64,000 nt of DNA from the human T2T-CHM13v2.0 reference genome, Homo sapiens: assembly GCF_009914755.1 (NCBI RefSeq), contig NC_060936.1. One strand, 5' to 3'. The notes under the pieces were generated by a model. That model was not told where the DNA came from, searched no databases, and saw only the letters and a program-made list of their open reading frames with translations. The translations under genes were made by a program, and so were the position numbers. This document shows, one piece after another, positions 1 to 13,350 of the stretch. Position 1 is the stretch's first letter; the number at the start of each line of letters is the position of its first letter.

Positions 1-860
1 TTCTTTTTACAGGTAATTAGATACCTCTCTCTTGCCACGTTTAAGATTTTTAAATTTTTGTTGACTTTGAGTAGTCTGATGACTATATGTCTTGTGCTGG
101 TTATTCTTGCAATGCATCTCACAGGAATCACCTGAGCTTTTTATATTTGGATGTCTGGATCTGTAGTAAGTCAGGGAAGTTTTTGGGAGTTATTCTTTCA
201 AACAAGTTTCCCACACTTTTAACTTTTTCTTCTTCTCCCTCTGGAATACCAATGATTCATAAGTTTGTATGCATTCCATAATCCCATATGTCCTGAAGGT
301 TCTGTTAGGTTTTTCAATTTACTTTTCTATGTATTTTTCCTACCAAGTTTATTTGAAAGACCTGTCTTCTAGCTCTGAAATTGTTTATTCTGCTTGGTCT
401 GGCTTATTGTTAAAGCTTTCAGAAGTATTTTGCAGTCCCTTCAATACACTTTTAATTTTTAGAAGTTGTGTCTGCTTCTCGTAATAAAATCTTTCTCTTC
501 TTTTATACCCTATGTTATTTTTTTTCATTTATTTTTGGTAATTTTTAACTTTCTTTTGGATCTCAAGCTTTACATAATCCCATATTACTTGAAGGTCTTA
601 TTTCTCGAAGACTTCTTTAGAATCAATATTTTGGATTCTTTATCAGCATATCAAAGATTTCATTTTGGTTTGGATTAATAGCTCAAGAGTCATTGTGGTC
701 CTTTGGACCTTTAACAATCTATCTTCTTTATACTTCCAGAATTCTTTCTCTGGTTCTTTCTAACTTAGATAGGCTATCTCTCCTTATTTTGAATTTATTT
801 TGTTTGAATTAGGTTTTTTCCATTTGAAAATGTGGCTATAATGTGTGTTATGTAGGATCT
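1..860 (-). mobile_element. Old L1 fragment (ORF1 region), antisense
   Basis: T-rich sequence with L1 ORF1-antisense motifs such as ttgactttgagtagtctgatgactat and tttggatgtctggatct...cagggaagtttt. Confidence 0.7.
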
Positions 861-869
861 AACAGGCTA

Positions 870-2450
870 TATTGAAGAGGATAGAGAGAAAATGCCAGAA
901 AGGGAAGTGCAACAGTCAGCACAGCAAGTTATTTTCAGGAGTAGTGCTACAAAAGAAACAGACAAAAGTTGTGGTTGATAGCAAAGTTGTGGAATAAAAC
1001 TTCTGTTTATGTTCAATGCTAGACGTAATAGCATGCTTACATACTGATGAGAATCATCAGTAGAGATGAAGGAAACTGACAATGCAGAAAAGAGGGAAAG
1101 CAATTACAGAGGAAGATGAAAAGAGATTAACCAGGACACAGAGTTTTTCTCTGTACAAGAAGGGAAATTTTCTATGTGGGTAAAAGGCAGGTAAATGTGT
1201 ACCTGTAGTGATGAAGAATATTGAACTTTTTTCTGCTGCTTCTACTTTCTTTGTTATAAAAAAGGAATGTAATCAGATGAGAAAGAGGAGGAAGAAAAGA
1301 AAGAGTCTTTGGATCAGAAAATGTGAACTAGTAATCCTGAAGATTAAAGAAACATACTGACAGGGAAAATGGACTAGTAGAATATTGGACGATTGCCCTG
1401 GAGGCCCCCTGAATGTCTGTGCTTATGAATTTAAAGTGAGCACAGTGAGATGTTTGAATTCTTTCCTCCAGGGATGCAGCTCTTTGTATATAGGTTCAGA
1501 GAAGGCAGAGGATTAGATGAAAGCATTTTTGCTTGTCTAGTACAGTAAAGGATGAGATGGACAAAAATTTACAGAATATATGCAGATGAGCAATTATAAC
1601 AAAAGATCATGATGAGAAAGGAAGTGAAGAGGTAAAACTAGATATGACCTGTGAAGAGGTTAGGGGAATCATAGCCTAAAGAGCTAGGGCTGGAGCTTCT
1701 TGTAACAGATATATTAAAGGGAGTAAATTTAAAACTTAGGAGGTAGTTATGAGGACTGGGATGGCCAAAATGGAGAATTTTAAAAGTGGGTACTGATGAA
1801 CTGACTGTGGGTGGAAGACTTTCCAGAAAAGAGGTCAAGAAACTGAAAGGCCAGAGAACACTGGGAGCATAATCTATATGATCTATATTTCCTAAAATAA
1901 CTAGGAAAAAGGGCAGAAATAATTTTCACAAAAATGACAGGGAGTTTGGAATGAAAATTGTCAAGAAATGATGAGAGTTGTGATGTGCCATTCTATAGCT
2001 AACTTCAGCAAGGAGGTTAGAGAATAGTATGGTAGGGTGGTGCACTTCTTCTTGGGACCTAGAGGTCTGTCAGAAGAAAGACTCAGATCTGGAAGTGGTA
2101 AAAATGAAAGATCAATGAGAACTTCTACATTTCAGGCCCACTGATGTGGAGGTTGTGGAAGGAAAAAGCCTACAGGAGAGAGTTACATGGAGTGTCATTG
2201 GGAGTAAGCCAGGCTTTGTTTAGAACAAGAAAGTGAAAGGGCTACAAAGAATGTAGGAACTAAATATTTTGCTGGTAACAAATATGAGTTTCCCTGGGAA
2301 AAATGAAAGGGTTTGAGTAATGGAAAAAGAGTAAGAGAGTGAGTGGGATTAAGGGATGTAGTAAACCATGTGGAATGAGAGCCTTGGTACCCAGACAGGA
2401 TCTCAAAATCTTGACATTCTGCTGGTGACAGGATGTGAGGCATGATGTAA
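870..2450. mobile_element. Highly decayed ancient LINE, probably L2
   Basis: Long purine-rich stretch with the composition typical of L2 relics. No crisp diagnostic motif. Confidence 0.4.
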
Positions 2451-3414
2451 GTTTATGACAAACAAAACATCAATTGAAAAGGCCCAAAGGAGGGTAATGT
2501 TTCAGAACTTTTTTAAAAAACTGCATTTTAGTGGCTTAGCTAGAAAAGATTTGGCTCATATACACAATAAATTAGAGCTGTTCTTCAGTCTTTTGCAAAC
2601 AGGAAAACAAGCATTCCCTACCTGTGCTATCTATTGTTAGGGTTTCATTAGGTCTAACTGGAAATTACCTCAAGAAACAGCAGGTCATGATGGTTGATTG
2701 TCATTAGAAAGAACAACAGAGGATCAATGTAAATGAAATCTCTTAAATTAAACAATTAAATGAAATAGCACATTTAACTTCTTAGGGTGCCTTTTGTGAT
2801 GAATTCATCCTGAGAGAGGTGCCAGCTGCTCAATATCATATGTAAAGCAGGAGTCACACTACAGTGGTAAATAACTTACATGATAACCATGCACGAGCGT
2901 GTGCACATCAGTGAGGATGTGAGTATGAGCAGGCAAGAAGTAGTGTGAGTGTGCATGCATGTGGATGTAGGGGTGAGTGTGTGTGATTGTTATTGTATAT
3001 GAATATTACCATATCACACACATTCATCATCTCCACTGAATTGTTGAAGATTTCAGGCCAGCTCTTAGGAAAATATCCTCCCTATCTGCAAGTCCCCCCA
3101 AGTCTCCTGCATGCCACCCCTTCCCCTGGGTGAAAATACAGCTCAATAACAAATTTCAGTTTACCTTGTGTGTGTAGTATACCGACAAAGTGTAACTTCT
3201 GAAAATCAAGTACAGTGAAAAATACATGTCAGGCTATTGTCAAAAAACTCAACCAGGGTTGAAGTGCAATCTCTCCCTTCCCAAAATCTCCTTTGAGAAA
3301 TCTGATATTTGAGAGTAATAACTAAATAGATAAGTTAAACTCCCCTTTCTACTGATTTCTTCTTGACCATCTCTTTATGAAATAAACTTCCTCCTAAATA
3401 GCAGGCATGGATTC

Positions 3415-5719
3415 TGTATTCATTTGTTTTTATGCTGCTGATAAAGACATACCCAAGACTGAGCAATTTACAAAAGAGGGAGGATTTAGTTGGAATTACA
3501 GTTCCACGTGGCTGGGTAAGCCTCACAATCATAGTGGAAGGCAAGGAGGAGCAAGTCACATCTTACATGGGTGGCAGCAGGCAAAGGGAGCTTGTGCAGG
3601 AAAAGTACGCATTATAAAGCAATCAAACCTCATGAGACTTATTCACTATCATGGAACAGCATGGGAAAGACCACGATTCAATGATTTCCCACTGGGTCCC
3701 TCCAACAACACGTGGGAATTATGTGAGTAAAATTCAAGATGAGATTTGGTGGGGACACAGAGCCAAACCATTTCATTCCACCCCTGTCCCCTCCAAATCT
3801 CATGTCCTCACATTTCAATACCAATCATTCTTTCCCAACAGTCCCCCAGAATCTTAACTAATTTCAGCATTAACCCAAAAGTCCACAGTCCAAAGTCTCA
3901 TCTGAGAGAAGTCAAGTCCCTTCCACCTATGCACTTGTAAAAACAAAAGCAAGCTAGTTACTTCCTAGATACAATGGGGGTACAGGCATTGGGTAAATAC
4001 AGCCTTTCCAAATGGGAGAAATAGGCCAAAACAAAGGGGCTACAGGCCTTATGCAAGTTTGAAATCCAGCAGGGCAGTCAAAACTTGAAGCTCCAAAATG
4101 ATCTCCTTTGACTCCATGTCTCACATCTGGGTCACACTGATGCAAGAGGTAGGTTCCCGTAGTCTTGGGCAGCTCTATCCCTGTGGCTTTGCAGGGTATA
4201 GCCTCCCTCCTGGCTGCCTTCTCGGGTTGGCGTTGAGAGTCTGCAGCTTTTCCAGGTGAATGGTGCAAGCTGTCGGTGGATCTACTGACAGCTTCTGGGA
4301 TCTGGAGGATGGTGACCCTCTTCTCACAGCCCCACTAGGCAGTGCCCCAGTAGGGACTCTGTGTGATGGCTTTGACCTGACATTTTCCGTTCATACTGCC
4401 CTAGCAGAGGTTCTCTATGAGCACCTTGTCCCTGCAGCAAACTTCTTCCTGGGCATCCAGGCATTTCCATACATCCTCTGAAATCTAGGCAGAGGTTCCC
4501 AAACCTCAATTATTGACTTTTGTGCACCCACAGGCTCAACACCACATGGAAGCTGCCAAGGCTTGGGGCTTGCACCATGTGAAGGCACAGCCCAAGCTCT
4601 ACATTGGTCCCTTTCAGCCACAGCTGGAGCAGCTGGGATGCAGGGCACCAAGTCCCTAGGCTGCACATAGCACAGGGACCCTGGGCCTGGCTCAGGAAAC
4701 CATTTCTCCTAGGATTCCAGGCCTTTGACGGGAGGGGCTACCATGAAGACTTCTCACATGTCCTAAAGACATTTTCCCCATTGTCTTGGGAATTAACATT
4801 CAGCTCCTCCTTAGGTATTCAAATTTCTGCAGCCAGCTTGAATTTCTCCTCAGAAAATGGGGTTTTCTTTTCTATCACATTGTCAGACTGCAAATGTTCC
4901 AAACTTTTATGCTCTGCTTCCCTTATAAAACTGAATGCCTTTAACAGCACCAAAGTCACCTCTTGAATGCTTTGCTGCTTAGAAATTTTTTCTGACAGAT
5001 ACCCTAAATCATCTCCCTCAAGTTCAAAGTTCCACAAATCTCTAGGGCAGGGGCAAAATACTGCCAGTCTTTTCACTAAAATATGACAAGCATCATCTTT
5101 GCTCCAGTTTCCAACAAGTTCCTTATCTCCATCTGAGACCACCTCAACCTGGACCTTATTGTCCATATCACTATCAGACTTTTAGCCAAAGCTATTCAAC
5201 AAGTCTCTAGGAAGTTCCAAACTTTCCCATATTTTCTTGTCTTTTTCTGAGCCCTCCAAACTGTTCCAACCTCTGCCTGTTACCCAGTTCCAAGGTCACT
5301 TCCACATTTTCAGGTATCTTTTTAGCAACGTCCCACTCTACCGGTACCAATTTACTGTATTAGTTTGTTTTTACGCTGCTGATAAAGACATACCTGAGAC
5401 TGGGCGATTTACAAAAGAAAGAGGTTTAATATGACTTATAGTTCCATGTGGCTGGGGAAACCTCACAATCATGGTCGAAGGCAAGGAGGCTCAAGTCACA
5501 TCATATGTGGATGAGGCAAGCAAGGAGAGTTTGTGCAGGAAAACTCTGACTTACAAAGCCATCAGATCTTGTGAGACTTATTATCATGAGAACAGCACAG
5601 AAAAGACCTGCCCCTATGATTCAGTTATCTCCCACCGGATCCCTCCCACAACACGTGGGTATTATGTGAGTAAAATTCAAGATGAGATTTAAGTAGGGAC
5701 ACAGAGCCAAATCGTATCA
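3415..5719 (-). mobile_element. Full-length THE1 (MaLR, THE1B-like) LTR element
   Basis: Two ~360-nt LTRs (3415-3775, 5356-5719) around THE1-int. Perfect 5-bp TSD GATTC (3410-3414, 5720-5724). MaLR-int residual ORF 4819..5166. Confidence 0.95.
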
Positions 5720-5989
5720 GATTCATTGTCCTCAGTGTAGTTTTGTGCCCTCAGCTGTGCTAACAAAGTGCTGCTGTCCTTTGTCAAAGCAGGGCCAAAA
5801 CACACTTTCTGTTTATTGTCTCTCCTAATAGATAACTATTTTAGATTTAACTTTCAATGTATTATGTTTAATTTAGTTTTTGTCTTTTAAAATTTTATAA
5901 GCGCTATTGAATTCTTTTCAGAATCTCAATAAATGGCAGTTCTCTGGCAAGGTATAGAGGCAAATATGTGTACATGAAACTGAGGTTTA

Positions 5990-6115
5990 GAGTGCTAGCT
6001 CATTGTGTTGGATTCTTATAACATATGAGATAAGCATTATCATGCCCACTTAGCAAACAAGGAAACTGAGGCCAAGAGAGATTAAGTGATATACTTCTAC
6101 AAGTCATTTGGATGA
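5990..6115 (-). mobile_element. MIR fragment
   Basis: Core-like motif aaggaaactgaggccaagagagattaagtga. Confidence 0.6.
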
Positions 6116-7026
6116 GAGAAAGCATAATTTGTCTATTTACTTTCAAGAATATTAACTAGCATGGTATCTCTTAGTAGGTGCTTAGTGAATGTTTCTTGAT
6201 TGATGGTGGTTACTTAGCTCTCTGAAAAAAACCATCCAACACTTCGAGGAGAAAAAAACCCTTTTTATCAGTTAATTCAACATTTCAGTAAAAGTGGGTT
6301 ATTTGAGCCACAGTCATCCACCTCATCCCAGCTCTCCTCCTTTACTAATGAAAGATAATTTCATTTCTCTTGGTATGTACTAAGTTATCACAGGGATGGT
6401 AGTGTCATCAGTTTATTGAACACAGAAAAATGGAATTGTAGAAATGTAAGAGTGAGTGAATTTCCAAGTGAGGATACAAATATGCTCTGTAGCTTTAATG
6501 TGACAGTCAAATACATTAGACACTAGAATACAGAAAAGTTTTTTGACCCTTCTGGTTGTATAATATAATTTACGAATCATATTAATAAGCTATTCTGTTA
6601 ACATTGATGACAGAAATAAGGTGGTAAAAAGAGGTCTGCTAAGAATTACTCCTGGATAAAAGTATATAATCCTTTAATAGGAGGTACCTTGACTAAATAG
6701 TCCACACAAAATCATTTTCTTCATAAGCATAATAAAGTCTATTCCAACCACTTTCTTATAGGATTTTCATAAGGATCAAATGTGAACATATTTGTTAAAC
6801 TGCCTTGAAATCATAAAGCATTTAATAAATAAAGAAATTATTATTATTATCACTCAGGTGTTTACCTTTTAAAACAGTTGAAAATGTAACTTTATATAAC
6901 GTGGGAAATTCACTTAAGAGTATTCATTCTACCAGGGAGAGGAATGATGCTGATAAATGTTTTGATATTAACTCAGTTTGATTTTTTAATGACATGTATT
7001 ATTTCTTTGCCTTTATCATATTTCAG

Positions 7027-7091
7027 GATTGTTCAACCTGAATTGAAAGCACTTGCAATGGGTTTCCAGTCAATGGTTATAAGAACACTAG
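7027..7091 (+). CDS. SLCO1B3: SLCO1B3 (OATP1B3) third-to-last coding exon, 65 nt (about c.1683-1747)
   Basis: tttcAG acceptor and GTatga donor. Translates (K)IVQPELKALAMGFQSMVIRTL(G), the OATP1B TM11 segment including conserved Arg580. Phase joins the next exon. Confidence 0.96.
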
Positions 7092-9940
7092 GTATGACAA
7101 ATATATAGATTATACATTTTAACATATAAATATTAATGTTAAATATTAAAGACTGAATGCAATTAATTTTCAACTATAAGACTGTATAAAAAAGAATAGG
7201 TAAGAATCATTTCTATTTTGTGATAAGTGAAAATAAAAAGGAACGGGAAAATTGAGTGGTCTAAAAGATAATTTGATGTTAATTCTAGTTAGAGTCAATC
7301 TGTTAAGAGCAAGGAATCATCATATTTATATTATATTCTTTCTAACAGAAACAGAAAGATAGGTGGTCTCTGAGGTTTTCCTTCTTTCAGGAAAATAAGA
7401 ATATTTCTCCCAGGTATACGCAGAGTGGAGGACCTTCCTTCCAAATGGAGACATTACTTAGGACAGCCCTAAAGTAGCTTGGGAACCCTGGGAATCTGGT
7501 CAGGCTGAGGTTGTCTAGAACAACAGAAGCTGACATTCACTGTGCCATTTCCCACTGCCTGGTCCTCTATGGCTGGACAGCTAACCATTAGCAGGAGTTA
7601 ATGCAAAAGGGAATGAAAATTCATACTCTAGAACTAGGCTTGTTGGATTATGAGGATGTCCTGAATAAAAGAAAGCTCAGAAAATTGTGGTTTATGGTGG
7701 CAAGGGTAGGATTTTAGACTCTAGAGGCTAAAGGCCTATTTCTAAATATTCAAAAGTGATGAGAAAAGATTTAGGAAATGAACCTTTGTCCCTTATTGCC
7801 ATTTGCCTTTTTTACTGCACAGATACTTGTTGTTAAATAATGTCTAGTCTAACCTCTGTGAGTGGTCCTTTGTAAGAATTGTAAACATTATGTGCTTATT
7901 CCTGGGAAGTAGGAAAAGGGCATCATTCATCTAGGGATTGGTGCAGAGGACTGATTATGGTCCATAGGTAACCACTGATGGCAGAAGGAAAAGGAAGTGG
8001 GAGGGGTCAGTTTCTGGGACCCTTGCAAGGAAAGGAAAAAGTATAACTCTATGGCCAAATTACCGTGAAGAAGTTGTACATGAAGTGTATTCGGTGAGAA
8101 GGTCACAGATCCTGAAATGTAAAAGGAAATATAAAAGGAATAGGAGAGAGAAGATGAAGATGCTGCAGGGTTGCATTGCCTCCATCCTAACCGTCCCTTT
8201 CTGTGTCCCTAATCTTCCAGCCTCTGTAATCTTAGCAGTTCTCTACCTCCAGATTCAGAGACGATACCTCACTCCTGGAATCTGGGCCACAGAGGCTGAA
8301 AATAGCATCTGGGTAGTTAGGACTCCTTCTGATATGTTGAAATGAGACTATGACAATAGAAGACATTGTTTAAGCAACATAAAATAGAAAAAAATTGAAT
8401 TTTGCCATTCTAATTGTGAACATCCAATTTTGTTATGTCCAATATATGGCACAATGGACCCTAAATGCTTCTGTGGGAAACATCCACACTTGGTAGCAAA
8501 CTTCCAATTCATGAACAATTGTCTTAAATATGATATATGTGTAAATGGTAGAAGACCTATATAGTGTATTAAACTAAAAGAGGTATTTAGAAAATAGGTT
8601 ATCAGAAGATTTACAATTCTAATAAGACAAAGTTTGTTACTTAAAACATTTACTTCACAACGTTTGTTTAAACCAGTGGCATAACGTGAAGAAAATAAAT
8701 TGTTGGCATCTATTTTTTTTTATTTTTCTAAGGGTCGCTGTGATTTTTTGAAATCTGCAAATTTCTCACCCATTATCTCAGTACCAGTTTGCTTCAGATG
8801 CATTGGCCTCAGACAACATTCCCTTGTGAATCTACTATTTCTCAGTCTCAGAAAATTGAGAATGATTAAAAGTAAAATGAATCGGTAAAACATTCATGTA
8901 TAAATCACTGTCATTTTTTGTGACAAAATAAAATCTGAAAAGTATGAATCACAAAACAGAACAAGAACAAAGTAAAATCTTGTATGCTTCAGTTCTGCCA
9001 TCTGAATGATAGCTCTCTACTATGATGTCCCTCAAAATTTTGAACAAATTACCTATTCTTAAAACTAGGAGTTAATCTCAGAATTTATACTTCTCCTATA
9101 AACAACATATGTATCCCTGGAATGCCTCACAGTCATCGAAATCAGGCACTACAAATAAAAATTGACTTTGGGACAGACCACTGAAAATATATGCACCATT
9201 GTGCACTAACAGACCACTAACAGAAACAAAATTTAGCAACGGAGACCCTAACCTGCAGCCCAGGTTGCTTTAGGAGGTATTAAAAAGTGCATGAAATCAA
9301 TGGAGAGAAAATGCTGAATTGTGGGCTCTGATGGCACTAAGAAAGAGAGAATTGGGCTCTGAGCCTAGAAGGAAGTAAAACTGGCCAATAGCTCGGAGCA
9401 CCCCGTGAAGCTGGGCCTGAACTTCTCTGGGGAGGGAATCCTGGTGTAAGCATTTACTTTTTAATTATCTTAAAATAGTATTAAAATCTCCTGCCTTTAC
9501 AGCAGTTTAGATGAGAGCTTTTCCTTTTCTCAAGAAGTTATAATTTAACTGTCAGTAATCCAGCCATTCTTGCCTAAGAAAAATTCCATATGAACCAACA
9601 TAACTTTCATGTTTTACTAACAACATTCCCCTTTTTACCAATCAGACTTAAGTTAATAGGTATTGTAGGAAGAACAGAGTATATAGGCATATAATACTCT
9701 TTCTTCCCTCTGTATATAGGGAGAGAAGAGTAGATCAAATACATCTGTGACATTACCATATGATTTAAGCCTTTGCGATTTCTAATAATTTTGATTCCTG
9801 GGTGGATGTAAGCCAAACCAATGGAATAATTTTCCAAAACTTTAAACTTGTATTAATCCAAAATGTATCAATATCGACTATCGCTCAGTTACATTTGAAG
9901 CATTTCACTTGGATTGATATCTTTTTATCTCATGTTGCAG

Positions 9941-10058
9941 GAGGAATTCTAGCTCCAATATATTTTGGGGCTCTGATTGATAAAACATGTATGAAGTGGT
10001 CCACCAACAGCTGTGGAGCACAAGGAGCTTGTAGGATATATAATTCCGTATTTTTTGG
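9941..10058 (+). CDS. SLCO1B3: SLCO1B3 penultimate coding exon, 118 nt (about c.1748-1865)
   Basis: ttgcAG acceptor and GTaagt donor. Translates (G)GILAPIYFGALIDKTCMKWSTNSCGAQGACRIYNSVFF(G), the conserved Cys-containing last extracellular loop of OATPs. Lies inside ORF 9802..10062. Confidence 0.97.
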
Positions 10059-10142
10059 GTAAGTTGTCGTAAACACATTTCATTAATAGATTTTTTCTTT
10101 GTCTATGTTAATGTCTAAGATATAGCATTTTTAGTGTGATCG

Positions 10143-10388
10143 TAATATTAATGATAGCTACCATTTAGTGAACAATTACTTTGTATTCACTATTGTATCA
10201 AGCATTCTGGTATCTCATTTTAATACTCATAGAAACTGTAGGAAATGTATATATTCCTCCTTTTTCCTTAAATATGAAGAAAACAAGATTGAAGAATAAT
10301 GAGTAACTTGTCAAAAATTGCACAACTAAAAGAAATACAGCTAGGATTTGTACTTGAATCTCTTTTGATTACAAAGCTCTCTCCCACT
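10143..10388 (-). mobile_element. MIR
   Basis: atagctaccattta...tctcattttaatactca...agtaacttgtcaaaaattgcacaacta...ctaggatttg pattern over ~250 nt. Confidence 0.7.
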
Positions 10389-10737
10389 GGCTTCTCCAGG
10401 AAGACACAGAATGACCAGCTGCAGCTCTGGTTATATGGTAATTGAGGAAAGAAATGGAAAAACAAAGTTTCATTACTCTTCTATTCATAGGCAGAAGTAT
10501 CCTGCAAGTGACATTAAGACAACTAGATTATCTGGAAGAAACAAAAAGCTGCTGCAATTGTACCTTACCTCTTACAGAAGCATTAATTTGTAATTTATAT
10601 ATTGATCAATATATAAATTTGATTTCTGAAACTATAAGTATTAGAACTACTCATAGTAGAATTTCTTTTAATTATCTAGGAAGAATAAATGTGTTTGTAA
10701 GTATGACCCAAATGCCTGAAAGTATAATAGAAAAATA

Positions 10738-11203
10738 ATGGTGAAAGGATTTATATTGCTTTGTGTATATACCCAATAATAGGACTGATGGGTTGAATGG
10801 TAATTCTGTTTTATGTTCTTTGAGAAATCGTCAGACCGCTTTCTACAATGACAGAACTTATTTACATTCCCACTAGTAGTGTATAAGCGTTCCCTTTTCT
10901 CCACTATGTCTTCAGTATCTGTTATTTTTTGACCCACTAAAAATAGCCATTCTGACTTGTGTGGGATGGTATCTGATTGTAGTTTTGGTTTGTAGTTCTC
11001 TAATAATTAGTGATGTTGAATCCTAATTGAACTAATGCATGAACAGAAAACCAAATATCACGTGTTCTCCCTTGTAAGTGGGAGCTAAACATTAAGTACA
11101 TATGGACACAAAGAAGGGAACAATAGACACTGGAGCCTACTTGTGGGTGCAGAGTGAGAGGAGGGTGAAGAAACAAAACTACCTGTAAGTGACTATGCTT
11201 ATT
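10738..11203. mobile_element. Short 5'-inverted L1 3'-end insertion (old L1PA/L1PB type)
   Basis: 10738-11019 is antisense L1 late-ORF2 sequence. 11020-11203 is sense L1 3' UTR (gaacagaaaaccaaata...taagtgggagctaaacatt). Confidence 0.8.
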
Positions 11204-11377
11204 TAAAAAGAGAAAGAGAACAAGAACAGATAATAAAATATTTTAAAAACTGCATTACACAACGTATTGTAAGCAAAGTTCAACAGCAAGGGGTAAATTA
11301 GAAGAATTTATAATTCAGAGATAGACACAACCAAATGTCCTATGTATATAAGGATCTCTTAAAAATCTACAAAAACA

Positions 11378-11682
11378 GGCCGGATGCAGTGGCTCACAAC
11401 TGTAATCCTAGCACTTTGGGAGGCTGAGGCAGGCAGATCACTTGAGACCAGGAGTTCGAGACCAGCCTGACAATCATGGTGAAACCTTATCTCTAGTAAA
11501 AATACAAAAAAAAATTAGCCAGGCATTGTGGTACATGCCTGTAATCTTAGTTACTTCAGAGGCTGAGGTGGGACAACTGCTTGAACCTGGGAGGTGGAGG
11601 TGGCAGTGAGCTGAGATCACCAACTGCACACTCCAGCCTGGGCGACAGAGCAGGATTCCATCTCAAAAAAAAAAAAAAAAAA
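11378..11682 (+). mobile_element. Alu (AluS-like)
   Basis: Complete dimer from ggccggatgcagtggctca to catctc plus polyA. Confidence 0.95.
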
Positions 11683-12535
11683 TCAATGCAAACATCAAAT
11701 GCTAGCAAGAATGGGAAACAACAGGAATTTCCTGTCATTGCTGGAGGTGATGTAAAATGGTACTGGAGTGTTGGAAGACAGAGTGAAATTTTCTTACAAA
11801 GCAAATAGAGTTATTGTACGATTAAGCAATCATGTTCCCAGGTATTTACATAAATTAGTTGGAGACATGGCCACAAAAAAACCTGTACTTGAATATAAAA
11901 AAGTGGAAGCATTGAAGATGTCCTTCGGTAGGTAAATGGATAAGTAAACTATGTTACATTCATATAGTGGAATATTAGTAATCAATGTATTAGTCTATTC
12001 TCACACTGCTATGAAGAGCTACCTGAGACTGGGTAATTCATGAAGAAAAGAGGTTTAATTAACTCCCAGTTCCACAGGCTTAACAAGAAGCATGACTTGG
12101 AGGCCTCAGAAAACTCACAATCATGGCAGAAGCCTAAAAGGAAGCAAGGCATGTCTTCTCCTAGTGACAGGAGAGAGAGAGGGAGAGAGCAAAGGGGGAA
12201 GTGCCACACACTTCTAAACCACCAGACCTCATGAGAACTCACTCACTATCTTGAGAACAGAAAGGGAGAAATCCACCCCCAAGATCCAGTCACCTCCCAC
12301 CAGGTTCCTTCTCCAATTCAACATGAAATTTGGGCAGAGACACAAACCCAAACCATATCTTTCAATCCCTGGTCGTTCCCAAATCTCCTGTTCTTCTCAT
12401 ATTGCAAAATACAGTTACCCTTCTCAACAGTCCCTGTGTCTTAACTCATTTCAGCATTAACTCAAAAGCCCACAGTCCAAAGTCTCTTCTGAGACAAGGT
12501 AAGTCCCTTCCACCTATGAGCCTATTAAATTTTAA

Positions 12536-12847
<312 letters not shown>

Positions 12848-13350
12848 TTAGTTACTTCCAAGATACAATGGGGGTACAGGCATTTGGTAAATACTCTTAT
12901 TCCAAATGGGAGAAATTGGCCAAAACAAAGGGGTTACAAGCCCCATGCAAGTTCAGAACCCAACAGGGCAGTCATTAAATCTTAAAGCTCCAAAATGATC
13001 TCCTTTGACTCCATGTCACACATCTAGGGCACAATGATGCAAGAGATTTGTGCCCAAGGCTTTGGGCAGCTCCACTCCTGTGGCTCTGCAGGTACAGTCC
13101 CCATGGCTGCTTTCATGGGCTGGTACTGAGTGCCTGCAGCTTTTCCAGGCACACAGTGCAAGCTGTTGGTAGATCTACCATTCTGGAGTCTGGAGGACAG
13201 TGGCCCTCTTCTCATAGCTCCACTAGGTAGTGCCTCAATGGGAACTCTGTGTGGGAAGTCCAACCCCACATTTTCTCTCTGTACTGCCCTAGTATAGGTT
13301 TTTCATGAGGGCTCCACCCCTGCAGCAGACTTCTGCCTGGACATCCAGGC

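Noticed and set aside
3407-5692. Dense cluster of overlapping ORFs on both strands
   Set aside because: All lie within the THE1 element; the same applies to 12009-14612 in the second MaLR.
8085-8345. 86-aa intronic ORF
   Set aside because: GTG start, no homology recognised and no splice support; length is within chance expectation.
9802-10062. 86-aa ORF as a standalone gene or extended exon
   Set aside because: Only 9941-10058 is OATP-like and bounded by splice sites. The N-terminal part is open intron sequence.
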